Source: Octopus sinensis
Taxonomy: Eukaryota
DNA: 64,000 bases
Assembly: GCF_006345805.1 (NCBI RefSeq)
Contig: NC_042998.1
Coordinates: 175,956,001-176,020,000 of the forward strand
Reading direction: 5' to 3'
Below the pieces are notes generated by a model, which saw only the letters and a program-made list of their open reading frames with translations, had not been told where the DNA came from and ran no database searches. A program made the translations under genes and the position numbers. Position 1 is the first letter of the stretch; every line of letters begins with the position of its first letter. Shown here piece by piece: positions 12,800-26,665 of the stretch.

Positions 12800-13010
12800 G
12801 ATCATACACCCAATAATCGGAGTGACTCTGGACACCTATCATACAGAAGACTTCAACAAGATCAATGACTACAACCACACCTACAACCTTACAGATTTCA
12901 TAATGATTAGCATGGATATTTTATCGTTATTTCCATCTGATGAAATTGATTGTTCTGTAGAGATAGTTTTGAATGAGTTATGTGATGTTTCGCTATGTTC
13001 ACACTAAAGA
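12800..13010 (+). mobile_element. Degenerate PLE RT motif A remnant
   Basis: ORF 12822..13007 TEDFNKIND...FIMISMDILSLFPS resembles PLE DT.DFL.KI...LVS.DV.SLF. Confidence 0.5.
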
Positions 13011-15637
13011 ATTGGGATCATTCCTAAAGCTAACATATGATAATGGCTATTTAGAAAGATATGATATAAAGTGATTTTTCCCCACTTGACCTAAACGAAG
13101 CAGGTCACCCACTATTACTCCAGTAATATAAAAGAAGATCACACTGATCATTGAAAAAATCAAATCAAACCAATCCAAACACCACAGAATCATGCTCAGT
13201 TGAAAAGTATGAACTTACATGTTATTGTTGCCAGCTTTATATAGAAACACAACTGCAATGACAACTATTTAAATAATAAGGAATAAGATCAATAAAAGCG
13301 AGTGGCCATCAGTGTCAGTGTTCTTAATAATATGGTCAATCTGGTAGGACAAAAGACTTCAACAGCTTCCAATAGAGAAAGCAGCAACTACGATTTTGCC
13401 TTCCAAATACGTGGGCGACAGAAATCTGATGTTAACAGCAGCCATGCAAAACTGTACCCAAGAATTAGAAAATAAGAGTACCGTAGGGAACAGAGTATCT
13501 AACACACAGTTTATATATCAATCAGAATACTAGCAGTTCAGTAGAAGGGTGTCCGCTCTAGTAACTAAACTCTGCCTGAAAACATTATAGAATAAAATAC
13601 AAATCCTCCGTTTGCATTACATGAAAACCTTATCCACGAAATACCTTTTTCGCCGGAGACCCGCTCCAGCAGAAAACATAAAATAAACATCCGGACAGAA
13701 GATGAAAAATATTTCTAGCATGTGTCATTCCTATGAACTACAAAAAAAAAAAAACAGATGAAATTTCATACATGGAACTCAAGAAAAGGTTTCAAACTTC
13801 CATAAAAAGGATTTGAATGAAGTAAATCCGGCACAGATTAGAAGGGAGAAATAAGAAGCCGTGTAGATTCGTGGTACGAAAACAAGTTCCTTGAAGTAAT
13901 GTTTGTTGACATTATCTCTAGAGGCGATTTAGCTTACAGGTGTAAGAAAGCTATAGACGGTATAAAATCATGATATTCAGATTCAAAATAACCTCCTGTG
14001 CCCATAACAATCGCAAGATCTGCAAAACAAATCTGCAAATAACTATAAAACTAGAGAAGTTGTACAACGCATGGGGTGCACAAAAGAATAATGTAATGCA
14101 TTACAGTTTATATAGGAGAAACGGATCGTAGCGTAACAGAAAGGTAGAACGTTGTCGCGAAAAAAGAAAGAGTAATTAATATCAATACTTCACGTACAAT
14201 GTCAAAGCAAAACATGATAGTTTGATAGATAACATCGAGATAAACATATTTTCTGCACATCTAATAAGACTCAACATTGAACACACAAAAGTCACAGAAG
14301 CAATATATTCACTAAATTCAAAATCTGAGCCCACGGATTCCCTAAACTGCAAGTATGAATTTAATAGTACTACTACTACTACTACTACTACTACTACACT
14401 ACTACTACTACTACTACCATAACACCACGTTCGAAATAAATAATTAACACCGCATTTGAAATAGAAATTAACCCCATTACTAACACAACCCAAACAAATT
14501 GTTGAAAATAGTATCGACATATAAATTCTAGTATGCAATGTATAACAATATAACACATGAATACAAAGTGAAGGATTAGCCTACTATACTATCACGCTTA
14601 TGTGCGTATACGTATAGTACAATAGTTACATGCATGCATGCCCATGAGTTACATGAGTGTTTGCAAGCGTTATTGGTATTTGTGTGTGTGTGTGTGAAAA
14701 AATAAAAAGACTGCGTTAAATATTTACGATGGCAATAAAACCCATATAACAAAAATGGATAATGAAAATGAATAACAAGCCTCAAAGAAAAGCAATAGAA
14801 AATAACAACAGCAACTACTACTACAATGAATGTACACAGTCAAGTGTATATGTATAAGCATACATATATATTCAGGTGTAATGAAGTCTAAAGTCCAAAA
14901 GTTCAATGCAAGTTCGGCACGACCATCCCTACCCAACACTTATGGAGACATTCACCATCACGTACCAGTAGCATCTATCTAATAAATAATACTTACACAC
15001 ACACATTGTGCGTGTGTGTAGATATGGTCTTTAAGTGGTGATAGTGTGAGAGCATGAGAAGAGCACATTACTCTTAACAAGGTTACAGGATGTGATGAAA
15101 CTCAACAAACCAATTAATCAATTAATTAAATAATTCACATATTTAAATGAGTTAACTAATTTATTTAATTGATGATAAAACTAGCGATGTGTGTGTTTTA
15201 TAGGTAGCTTAACTTTCCCATAATGCAACTGTATTTAGTTCAATGCATGATTTCATATCAAGACTCATGCAAATCAAACATATATATAGTTAATGAAGAT
15301 GTCAGGTGTTAGTGTGAGGGTGTGTTTGTGTGTGTGTGCGTGCAGTGCGTGTGTCTAATCATTACGTTGGGTGAGAAATCGTGAATGTAAGTAGGCTGGA
15401 GCGGGCATGAATGTGAGGTAAGGGCTAAGACAAGGGGTATATGGAGGGCGTGATAGAATTGTGTGCAAAGCTTGGATGCGAGATGCTATTACATAGAAGC
15501 AAGGTATGAACACAAGAAACGAAAGTGAAGAAAACATAATTTAAAAATTTCAAACCACTGGTGAAGAGTCCGGGGAAGTTATATTGTTTATAATGAGTGA
15601 GAGGAAAAGTACTCAATGCATAGTGTGAAGTGGTGAA

Positions 15638-15688
<51 letters not shown>

Positions 15689-15724
15689 GGCGGAAAAAAA
15701 AATATATATATAAACATGTGATCC

Positions 15725-16060
15725 CAATCGTCCTCCTGAAATCGTAACTCTACCATCGTGGAGGCCTTCCGAGTGGTCGTTTCCGCTGGCGCGGGTACCA
15801 CTCAACAACTGCGCGGGTCCACCGATTATCGGTGAGCCGGGCGACGTGTCCAGCCCATCTAAACTTGCTGCGTGCATATTCTGCGATGACATCCCTCACG
15901 CCGGACTTCTTTCTGATGACCTCGCTACTGATGTGCTCTCTCAACGAGATTCCAAGCATTGACCTTTCGATGACTCTTTGAGCCGTTACCAGTCTTTGCT
16001 CTTTTCTCTTTGTTGTAGCTCATGTTTCACGGAGTGGACAGCGTGCTGTAACCAGCGGTG
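15725..16060 (-). mobile_element. RTE-clade LINE 3' fragment
   Basis: Reads AQRVIERSMLGISLREHISSEVIRKKSGV...KFRWAGHVARLTDNRWT...WYPR..KRPLGRPPRW. Confidence 0.85.
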
Positions 16061-16155
16061 TCAAATGGACGCCCGACGGACTGTCGGTCAAGGTGATCAA
16101 GGTGATATATAAACACACACACACACCACACACACATTGTTCTTTAACAAGGATA

Positions 16156-16382
16156 GTGAGTTGGCAGAATCGTTAGCACGCCGGGCGAAATGCTTAGCGG
16201 TATTTCGTCTGCCGCCTCGTTCTGAGTTCAAATTCCGCCGAGGTCGACTTTGCCTTTCATCGTTTCGGGGTCGATAAATTAAGTACCAGTTACACACTGG
16301 GGCCGATGTAATCGACTTAATCCGTTTGTCTGTCCTTGTTGGTCCCTTCTGTGTTTAGCCCCTTGTGGGTAATAAAGAAATA
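16156..16382 (+). mobile_element. tRNA-derived SINE family A (GAGCTGGCAGAATCGTTAGC head)
   Basis: A-box TGGCAGAATCG, B-box GAGTTCAAATTCC, tail ...gccccttgtgggtaataaagaaata. Many copies in the window. Confidence 0.85.
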
Positions 16383-18271
16383 TATATATTTAGCATTCGT
16401 AAAACTTAAAGTAACCAGAGAGGATATCGTCCAAATGTCTTATGAGAGTTCAAGCCGGTGCACACACCGAAGTGTATGCATCTATTCATCAAAAGCATCT
16501 CAGATAGAGAATCTTTGGAATGTCTTACAAATTTTCACTGTGCCGTTAATAGTTTGGATTTGGAGAAACCACGTCAGTTTCTTCAAGAAACCTAGTAATT
16601 CTAGGTTTTTGTGTAAATTCGTAGTTACATAGCCTAATGCACCTATGATGATAGGTACAAATGGGAACTTATAGCCAATGAGAACTTATAACCAAGAGCT
16701 GTAAGTTCCACATTGATTCACCATAAATGTTCTCTTTATTCCTGAACTATTAATGGTATATTCACATTTGCAGGGCAACTGACCTCCCCAGCAGTGCATC
16801 ACTTTTGTTTCCTGTCCTACAGAACAATGTGAGGTCAGTTATGTTATGTTATGTTATGTATATATGTATGCATGTATGTATGTGTACGTATATGTACGTA
16901 TATGTATGTATGTATGTTTGTATCGCTCTCTCCCTCCCCCCTCTCTCTATATATATTTATATTATTTACATTATTTATATTATATATATGTATGTATATA
17001 TATATGTATATATACACACATACACACGCACATATATATGTATATATATATATAATATATATATATATATATTATATATATATACATATATATGTATGTA
17101 TATAGTATATGTGTGTGTGTATGTATACACACACATATATACACGTATACATACATATCTAGACCCTCTGATGAATAAGATTGACTAATATTAACCCCAC
17201 GAGACCTTTGGGTATAAGAAAATAATCCGGTTCACGAATGGTCATCTATAACAGACGCACTTCGAATGCACTATCCAATTCTAATGCAAGTAAGAACTGA
17301 ATACCTTATATTTTTGCACAAGACCTAAGCAAACAAATACTCTATGCATATATGTGCACATATATCCAAACACACATTTATATATCCATTATTCTGGCTA
17401 TCATTCTTTTTCTGTCATTTTAAACCTATTTGGCTATTACTTCACCAACTCCGCCTTCAGTATCACTATCTTCTCTTCAGTTCATCATCTTTACTCGACT
17501 CAACAGCCGTACCCTGTCCTCCGTTTCTGCTTTACATCCTCTCCATCCTGTCACCACCGCAATCTCACTGTCTTCTCTTAATATTCATTGCATCAGTTAT
17601 GAGAAATCGATTTTTCCGACATACGAGATTAGAGGAGGCGTGTGTGAAGGTGAGAAAGGGTGACAGAAGGATGCAATGAAAGGAAGAAATGCAGAATATG
17701 GAAAAGGAAAGCGCCTGGGAGAGAGAGAGATAGAGAGATGGAAGGAGGGTTAGGAGAGAGTGAAGAAGAGACAAGAGAGAGATATATATAAGAGGAGGTA
17801 AAGGAAAAAGTAAGAAATGAACAACACGAGAAACATCGGGTGGCGTGGGGGAGAAACTAAATTAGAATGATAAAATATTTCTAAAGGAATGTCAAGAATT
17901 CCTACGAAGTCAAGTGACAGAATTTATGCAACATCATCATCCTTTTCCTCCTCCTCCTCCTTCTCCTCCGCCTCACCATCATCATTAACAACAACAACAA
18001 CAACAACAAAAATATTTGTTTTTAATTAGGCATAAACCTGACATTTTAGAAGCATACTATCTTCCTAAAATTCCAGAACTTTATGCGTATATTATTTTAT
18101 CGACCCTGGAGAGATTAACAGTAAAGTTGATCTCGACGGAATTTGAACCTAGAATGTAAAGAGACGGCATTTATAACAAGACATTTTTTTCCAGCACTCT
18201 AACGATTATGTCAATCCATCGCTATCGTCATCATCATCATCATCATCACCATCACCATCATCATCATCAGC

Positions 18272-18319
<48 letters not shown>

Positions 18320-18439
18320 CATTTCTACTAATGATACAAGGCCTGAAATTTTGGGGGAGGTTGACGTTTGAACTGAGAATGTAAAGCCGGAAGTTAGCAG
18401 ATGGTCTGTTTGTTATTAGCCGCTTCATTTTTTCTCATA

Positions 18440-18985
18440 TATCGGTGACCTCGGACGACTTTCCCTACAAGCCAATGACCTACATATGATTAGTCGCTTG
18501 AGTTCCTGAGACCTACCTATAAATAACGATTAGTTTTCTTCCAACAAACAAGAGACCTACTTATAAATATAACAACTGGTTTTCTTCATATGAACAATAG
18601 ACCTATAAATAAATAATGGCTTGCAGTATTCCCCCAAAGCCGGTGACTTGCCTATATACCTTTATCTCTTCCTATAAAACAGTGATCTACCTATAACTGA
18701 TATTTAGAGTTTTACTTAAGACAAGTGACCTACATGTTATTGGTTGTCAGATATCTTTTTATGCTTCATCTTTTCCTATACATCAGTGACTCTTATCAGA
18801 TGTCCGACAAATAATTGGTCGCCCCGACTCTTCTTACTCATCGGTGGCCTACATATATTTTGTGACTTGGACAATTCCTATAAAATCGGCGATCTTCCTA
18901 TAAAATCGTAACTTATAACTGTTGTTTGGACATTTTCTATAATCCGCCAATTCCATATATTTTTTTGCATGGAGACTTACAATAA
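18440..18985. repeat. Ancient degenerate minisatellite (core G(T/A)GAC(C/T)TACCTATA)
   Basis: About 12 variant copies (gagacctacctata, gagacctacttata, gtgacttgcctata, gtgatctacctata, gtgacctacat, gcgatcttcctata) at roughly 30-60-bp spacing. Confidence 0.6.
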
Positions 18986-18999
18986 GCCACTGATCAATT

Positions 19000-19700
19000 T
19001 GTAAATGGTTGCATGGACACTTTCTATAACCCTGTCACCTACCTATCATTTTCATTTGACTGGTGTGGAGGAAGCACACGTCACAATGATGAAGTCTGCT
19101 GGGAAGACACTGATTCAAAAGACATGACGCAACTGGCTTCCATAGACGAGCAGTTTTGCTTGGAGAATGGCACGTCAGACACAATCGAAAGCCTTGCTGG
19201 TATCTTGTACAACAACAGCCTACGAGATTTCTCGTGGAAGATCCATGGGTAAGACAGACGAGTAGACCTGACTTAACGGGAGCCATAGTGGTTTGTCGTT
19301 AAGGAAGTGAAAAATTCAACATGTTGCAGAAGGTTGTTATTAGTGACTATCTCCGCCGTTACCTCAGAGATATCGGAAGTGAGTGTGTTGGTACGATTTT
19401 TGGTAAGGTCAGAGAGAATTGTCATTCATGGCACGAGACACACAGCTGCATGTTTGAAAGGTCGAGGGACACACAGTTGCATGTTTCAAAGATATCCCTG
19501 TAAATTGAGATTGATGTGTTTGGTGCGGACAGAGGCCATCTACCAGACGCGTTGCTTAAGGATAACGAAGGGGAAATTGTTAAGGCCGGTGACCTTGTTG
19601 TTTGAAGTAACCGGATGTGCTTCGCATTTGGCGTTTACGTGTCGGCTTTGGTGAACCTGGTGAATGGAAAAGAATAGTTTTGGTGTAGATCTACTCAATG
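19000..19700 (-). mobile_element. Degenerate Jockey/CR1-like LINE RT remnant
   Basis: Minus strand gives KHAAVCLVP, NNNLLQHVE, GLLVCLTHGSS and DTSKAFDCV*...KLLVYG (RT motifs 1-A), heavily frameshifted. Confidence 0.65.
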
Positions 19701-20888
19701 GGTGCCACATCAAATTGGATACAAAACATCGAGAGAATCTAATGGTTATTCTTGGCGGGAACATTACAGAACCATTATGGTGGAGATGCATATGGAAGAG
19801 TGATACATGGATTGGTAGAATGCTTTATAGATTAATAGCAAGAATCCAAATGATCAATTATATGCAGATTACTGGTTTAGACGAAGATTCCAATAAAGAA
19901 GAAACTTACCAATAATTAGTTGCTTAGAGTCTTCCTCCGAACAGTTGTTCTGTGGAGAATCTGTATATACCCAGGTGACTCCTGACAGGGAATGTGTGAA
20001 AATCATTTACCTACGAATTCTTTCTCCAGACATCTGCCCTCTGGAACTTCCACCTTGTGTTTTACCTAGCATTTGTCAACTTGCAATTTTTCAAAAACAT
20101 CAACCGCGTCAATCTCACCAACCTTACAGATAGCTAGTGAAGGCCATTGGCACATCTGCCTTCCCCCACAGAATATCATTAAGAATGTCACCGAAGGTCA
20201 CCGACTTAGAGGAAAAGTCACCAGAGTTCACTGCAGTTCATCGGAGTTCACCAGTTAATATGAAGAGCCACCAGAGGTCAACGGTTTATAGAAAGAGTTC
20301 AGATTACAAATTGTTCGTCAAAATTATGTTAGAATTTCCTCTAAGTTTTATCCAAAATTTGAACACATGAAATATTTAGAGAGAGAAAAATAAGTAAACA
20401 AATAAATGATTGTTGAGTTCCGACAAAATGCAACCATAATAGTTCCAACATTATTTTACGTAGAATTTGCATAATACGGAAATTACTTTAACTTTGTTTA
20501 TGTAGAACAATTTAACAATCGAATATTACATTAGTTCGTACAAAATGACGAGAGACTTTAAAGTTACAATAAAACACGTCAGCTGTCATAATGTGTAGTC
20601 TTTCAGTATATTAAGAAACGCTCATGACCTAAAGGGGGTGGAGGAGTAGAGAGTATTGAAGATTGAAATAGAAGCAGAACAGTTTATTAACTAGTTGCTA
20701 TTTTTTCTCTTTTTTTGCTTTAATTTTGCTGACAACCTTCCGGAAAACTCAACCATACGTGTTCCGGAAATGACACAATTATTCCATTTTTACTGCTAGC
20801 TCTAAAGTCTATGCCAATATTACGGATAGCCATACATACATACATACACGTATACATGCATACATACATGCATACATACATAATGGAT

Positions 20889-20931
<43 letters not shown>

Positions 20932-21048
20932 CATGCATATACACATTTCTATGTGCGTATTTGTGTAAGTGTATATATAAATATCACTATGCACATATAT
21001 ATTCATAGAGGTGTAATTATATATGTTTGTGTGTGTGTGTATGTATAC

Positions 21049-21080
<32 letters not shown>

Positions 21081-21457
21081 ATGAATAAGCAAGTACATAT
21101 ATTCATATATATAATTTGTAAATATTGATATTAACACTGCATATGAATATATCTATACGTACACATACATACACACACATACACATACATACATACATAC
21201 ATACATACATACATACATACACCACACACACAAGTGCACATGCTTTCACATATTTTGTTTTCTCAATTTACTCATCTCCGTCATTAAAGTGCAGCTATGT
21301 AAGGCACCAACTTCAAGGGTTTTGTCGATCGTATTGACCCTATTTTTTATTTCAGATTGATTAAAAAAAAATTCTCTGTAGTTGTCGAACTGCTAAGTTG
21401 CAAGACATAAAGAGACACAGACACGAGCAACACCAATCTTTGAACCATAAACATGTG

Positions 21458-21812
<355 letters not shown>

Positions 21813-21881
21813 TCTATTATTGTATATATATATATATATATATATAGATATATATATATGCACACACATAGTTATAAACTC

Positions 21882-21922
<41 letters not shown>

Positions 21923-21934
21923 CATATATATATA

Positions 21935-22006
<72 letters not shown>

Positions 22007-22160
22007 GCACACACACACACACACATACACATATATATATATATATATATGAGTTTATAACTATTAATGTTCTATATATATTTGCATACACGCACAAATA
22101 CATACATGCATAATACATATATATATATGTGCACATACATACACACACACTCATATATAT

Positions 22161-22202
<42 letters not shown>

Positions 22203-22203
22203 A

Positions 22204-22242
22204 TTAGCACTATGACCCGGCGTTGCCGGGTTTAATGCTAGT
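22204..22242. mobile_element. Helitron-like 3' terminus (hairpin + CTAG)
   Basis: ACCCGG-CGTTG-CCGGGT hairpin followed by CTAG|T on +. The minus strand reads cccggcaacgccgggtcatagtgctaat, similar to the end at 9913-9941. Confidence 0.5.
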
Positions 22243-22596
22243 CAAGCATATTTGGTCTTTCATGAAAATCTCGCTCTCTTGTCATTCACTTGGTCTAACT
22301 CGTTAATTATTCCCTGCATTTCTCAAATCAAAAAAGCGTCCACGTTTGAAAGCCAAAACATGTGATAACGCGTCTTCGCAAAACACAAAAATGCAGACAG
22401 TCATACTGACTGTCTGCAAATGCGTACGCGCATTCAACTGTTGGGCATAAGGGGTCGGTTAACCAATTTTTTAAATGGCTTTCTGGGATGACTGGGGAAA
22501 TGAAAAGATCTTCACGACTACCCTCAGACAGTTTAGAAAGCCCATAGAAAATGCAAGCCTTTTACGTGAAAAACTGGATTTGTATAAAGGACACCT

Positions 22597-22688
<92 letters not shown>

Positions 22689-23275
22689 TGAATGTGTGTT
22701 TGCGTATATGTGCATTCATATTTGTGTGCGTATGTGTGCATTTGCGTTCGTATGTATGTATTTATGTTCGTATGTGTTTTAATGCGTGTGCATGTGTCTC
22801 ATGTTCGAAGAAGGCACTGGCATTCATTTCATATTTGGAAGCACACTTAGAATTATGCCAGCTTATGTGCATTCGTTATCTCATTAACACTGAAATATCT
22901 CTGAAAGTGTCTTGCCTCTTAAAAATCAAAACAAAGTAAAACCGAAAAAGGAACAAAAACATTCTCACTTTGTAAGCAACCAACTAGAATTCTGCCAGCT
23001 TAAATGCCATAGAAAAAACATACATACAAACATACGTAAATATATTTTTCACGATTTTAGTTGCTGGACAGCGGTCAAAAAGGGATACTGTCTTCACAAG
23101 TGTTAACCAATTTGATCGATTCTGGTATATTTGTGGTATTTGTTTTAACGACCTCGTAATTGGCAGTTCTTGTAGTAAAAATAGACAGGTCGGTGAGAAA
23201 TAAATACGGCAAAACATTCTTGTTCACCGCACCGATTTAATTCCCTGTACGCAAATTACGGGTATGCACACTCAT

Positions 23276-23306
<31 letters not shown>

Positions 23307-23489
23307 TGTATACATACATACATACATACATACATACATACATGCGAATAATATCTGGATGTTCTGGTACCAGGGGTTATTTTTATTGACAAAACTGAGA
23401 TGTAAACAACAGCCGCTTCGATTAGCCGTTTCGAATCCTGCTCTAGACTGATACACTTCAATAACCACTAAATAACCATACACACTATA

Positions 23490-23714
23490 TACTTATTTCT
23501 TTACTACCCACAAGGGGCTAAACACAGAGCGGACAAACAAGGACAGACATAGGTATTAAGTCGATTACATCGACCCCAGTGCGTAACTGGTACTTAATTT
23601 ATCGACCCCGAAAGGATGAAAGGCAAAGTCGACCTCGGCGGAATTTGAACTCACAACGTAACGCAGACGAAATACCGCTAAGCATTTCGCCCGGCGTGCT
23701 AACGTTTCTGCCAC
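23490..23714 (-). mobile_element. SINE family A copy
   Basis: Reverse complement of 16156-16382 at high identity. Confidence 0.85.
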
Positions 23715-23949
23715 TATATACTGGCACACGCTCCTTACATTTTATTTTCACTATTAACCGTCCTCGCGACCCCCTTCGCATCTACGATGGGGCCACGAAC
23801 TATACGATAAAAATCCAGAGTTACTCGTGGTCGGTGAATTTTTAATAAAAATGCGAGGGTGGTTTATCAATTGATAAATCGATATCCACGACATAATCAT
23901 ACCTTCTGATTTTTTAATGCTAAAAGTCTTCCTGACGACCATTTTTGTA

Positions 23950-24575
23950 ATACTCTTTTACTCTTTTACTTGTTACAGTCATTTGACTGCGGCCATGCTG
24001 GAGCATCGCCTTTAATCGAGCAACTCGACCCCGGGACTTATTCTTTTGTAAGCCCAGTACTTATTCTATCGGTCTCTTTTGCCGAACCGCTAAGTAACGG
24101 GGACATAAACACACCAGCATCGGTTGTTAAGCAATGCTAGGGGGACAAACACAGACACACAACACACACACGCAATATATATATATATATATATATACAC
24201 GACGGGCTTCTTTCAGTTTCCGTCTACCAAATCCACTCACAAGGCTTTGGTCGGCCCGAGGCTATAGTAGAAGACACTTGCCCAAGATGCCACGCAGTGG
24301 GACTGAACCCGTAACCATGTGGTTGGTAAACAAGCTACTTACCACACAGCGACTCCTGTGCCTAATACCGAAAGATATCGTAACCATTGGTCCACACACA
24401 CACACACACATATACACGACAGGCATCTTTCCGTTTCTGTCTACCAAATCCACTCACAAGGCTTTGGTCGGCCCCAGGCGATAGTAGAAGACACTTGCCC
24501 AAGGTGCCACGCAGTGGGACTGAACCTGGAACCATGTGGTTCGTAAGCAAGCTACTTACCACACAGCCACTCCTA
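23950..24575 (-). mobile_element. SINE family C (GGAGTGGCTGTGTGG head, CORE-like box), full copy plus tandem second head half
   Basis: Minus strand ggagtggctgtgtggtaagtagcttg...ggttcagtcccactgcgtggcaccttgggcaagtgtc occurs twice (24575->24400 and 24360->24190). The tail ends ...aaacaagtaaaagag. Confidence 0.85.
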
Positions 24576-25059
24576 ACCACTTATTTTTAACAGCGATGCT
24601 AAATTGTTGTTTTGCTAAAAACACACGTTGGTAAGGTTTCTCATACATTTCTACACAACACACTAACTCATATACATGCAGACATATTTATACACAGACA
24701 CACATACACATTTGAGCGTGTATGTTTTTGTGTTTGTATGTAGGAACGAGAGAAAGAATTACTCTGTGTGTGCATTCGTTTAAAAATATACACATTATGA
24801 TACCGTGAAAGCGACAAACAAAAGTATTTTAAGTTGTACATACATAACCACAAAGATAAATAACAACCCCAAATTTATAGAGATAGTTATAAAAGAATAT
24901 GCATTTATATGTATGTGTATATCTATACATACTTATATGCATACATACACATAAACATATATATATGTACTTAACGGTGTGTACGTATGTATGAATATAT
25001 ATATATATATATTCATATATGCACACATGCGTATTTAAATAAATGTATACACACATAGA

Positions 25060-25310
25060 TGCATAAAAACGTAATCCAGATTGGAGAAACATTAAGCACC
25101 CAAAGCAACAGACCCATAACCTTCGTGGATGCAATAAAACATCTTATCTCAAAGGGTAAATGCTCACCTGGAAAAACCAACATAGTTCCAGAAGGAAAAA
25201 AAAGTGGTGCTGGAAGTTTGTTATGGATGTAAAGATCGATTATGGATCAATAAAACCATATCTGAAGCCTGTGAGAGAAGAAAGAATACTCTGAGAAACG
25301 GTAGGATTTT
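25060..25310 (+). mobile_element. Small R4/Dong-type RT fragment
   Basis: Reads CYGCKDRLWINKTISEACERRK, matching GSYGCKDQLLINKMILEDCHKRHK in the 50.8-kb element. Confidence 0.6.
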
Positions 25311-25384
25311 ATTACCAGAATGTTCTTAACAGTTTTTCGGACTCAAGTATTCTAGAAACCTTAGTCATACATAAAAGTGCTCCA

Positions 25385-25400
25385 CCTCTCTCTCTTTCCT

Positions 25401-25472
<72 letters not shown>

Positions 25473-25475
25473 TTC
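25385..25475. repeat. (TTTC)n microsatellite
   Basis: Direct read. Confidence 0.95.
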
Positions 25476-25619
25476 GTCTCTGTATATATCCCAATGTTTG
25501 GAAATACGATATATTGTATTCTTTTACCAAAGCTGACACCTGCTGTGACCCTGCTTATCTATTGTTTTATCACACTTATTTCTAGCAATCAAATGTAATG
25601 TAGGTAGCCATTAACGACA

Positions 25620-26030
25620 GCTTGAATCTCTCCTTTCCTTAATGACCGCAAGTGTGGCTTTCGCAATACCCGGTCTAATGGAGACATACTTTCTTATGTT
25701 ACTCATCGGTCGACTTTCGCACTCGCGAAATACAGTGAAAATAGCGTTGTCACATTCGACATTAGCAAAGCATTTGAATATGTCTGGCACACATAACTGC
25801 TTGCTTATGAGCTCCATCTATATCTCCTTCCTCGTATAATAGGCTTCCTAACAAATCTCACCATCACTGCACGTGCTTATGGAATTCTCTTTAATCCATT
25901 TTCTGTCAACTTTCATGTGTCTCTAGATTGGCTCTAGTTTTTCACACTGCTCTATACCACTACGGTCCGCATGTCGCCTTCATCAGCATCCATTTATACG
26001 CAGATGATATCATCCACTATAATCTTCTGC
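25620..26030 (+). mobile_element. Degenerate Jockey/CR1-like LINE RT remnant
   Basis: Reads LNDRKCGFRNTRSNGDILSYVTH...VVTFDISKAFEYVWHT* and IHLYADDIIH (RT motifs A and C). Confidence 0.75.
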
Positions 26031-26214
26031 ACTTGAGCGTCATCCACATGCAACTAAAGAACATCATACAAGATTTACTCTGACTTCCTGAACAGAGCCA
26101 GAAAATATTTCTCCTCTACAAAGCTGGGGTTGGCACCACGATGGGGTGCTGTCGCAGCATCTAGGATGATATTGCTGGAAGTATGAACTGCATGAAAAAA
26201 AAATATTCTCCAAC

Positions 26215-26665
26215 TCATTAAGTTAGTTAATTTTTTGGCTCAAAAAGCAAGGCCATGTAGGGGGACAGGGAGTTATGTACAGGGTGGTGTTCATGTAAAG
26301 AGTTCAGGCCACTTCTGGTCAAGGGAGACTTTGAACCGAGCGGTCGTCGGCATCTTCACTATCTCGTCCGGCAGCTTATTCCACGGATCCGCAACCCGGA
26401 CGGAGAAAGCCCCTCTATTTCGATTGAGATGAAATCGTCGCAGATAGAGCTTTTCGGAGTGACCCCGCAGCCGACGCTCTGGAGCAGGAGTGAAGAACAG
26501 CTCTTTCAAGAGGTTACACTTTCCGCTTATGATGTTGTGAGCAAGAATGAGATCACCACGGCGTCGTCGTTTTTCTAGAGAATAAAGGTCGAGCGTCTTC
26601 AGCCTTTCTTCATAAGACAAATGCTTGAGACCAAGAACCATGCGGGTAGTCAGCTTCTGGACTCT
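26215..26665 (-). mobile_element. CR1 LINE 3' end, 5'-truncated
   Basis: Reads RVQKLTTRMVLGLKHLSYEERLKTLDLYSLEKRRRRGDLI...RLRGHSEKL...FSVRVADPWNKLP, then a short 3' UTR ending in (TAAC)-like repeats. Confidence 0.9.

Noticed and set aside
17160-17240. CTGATGA at ~17168 as another hammerhead
   Set aside because: I could not find a convincing stem II closure, GAAA-stem III-NUH or stem I partner.
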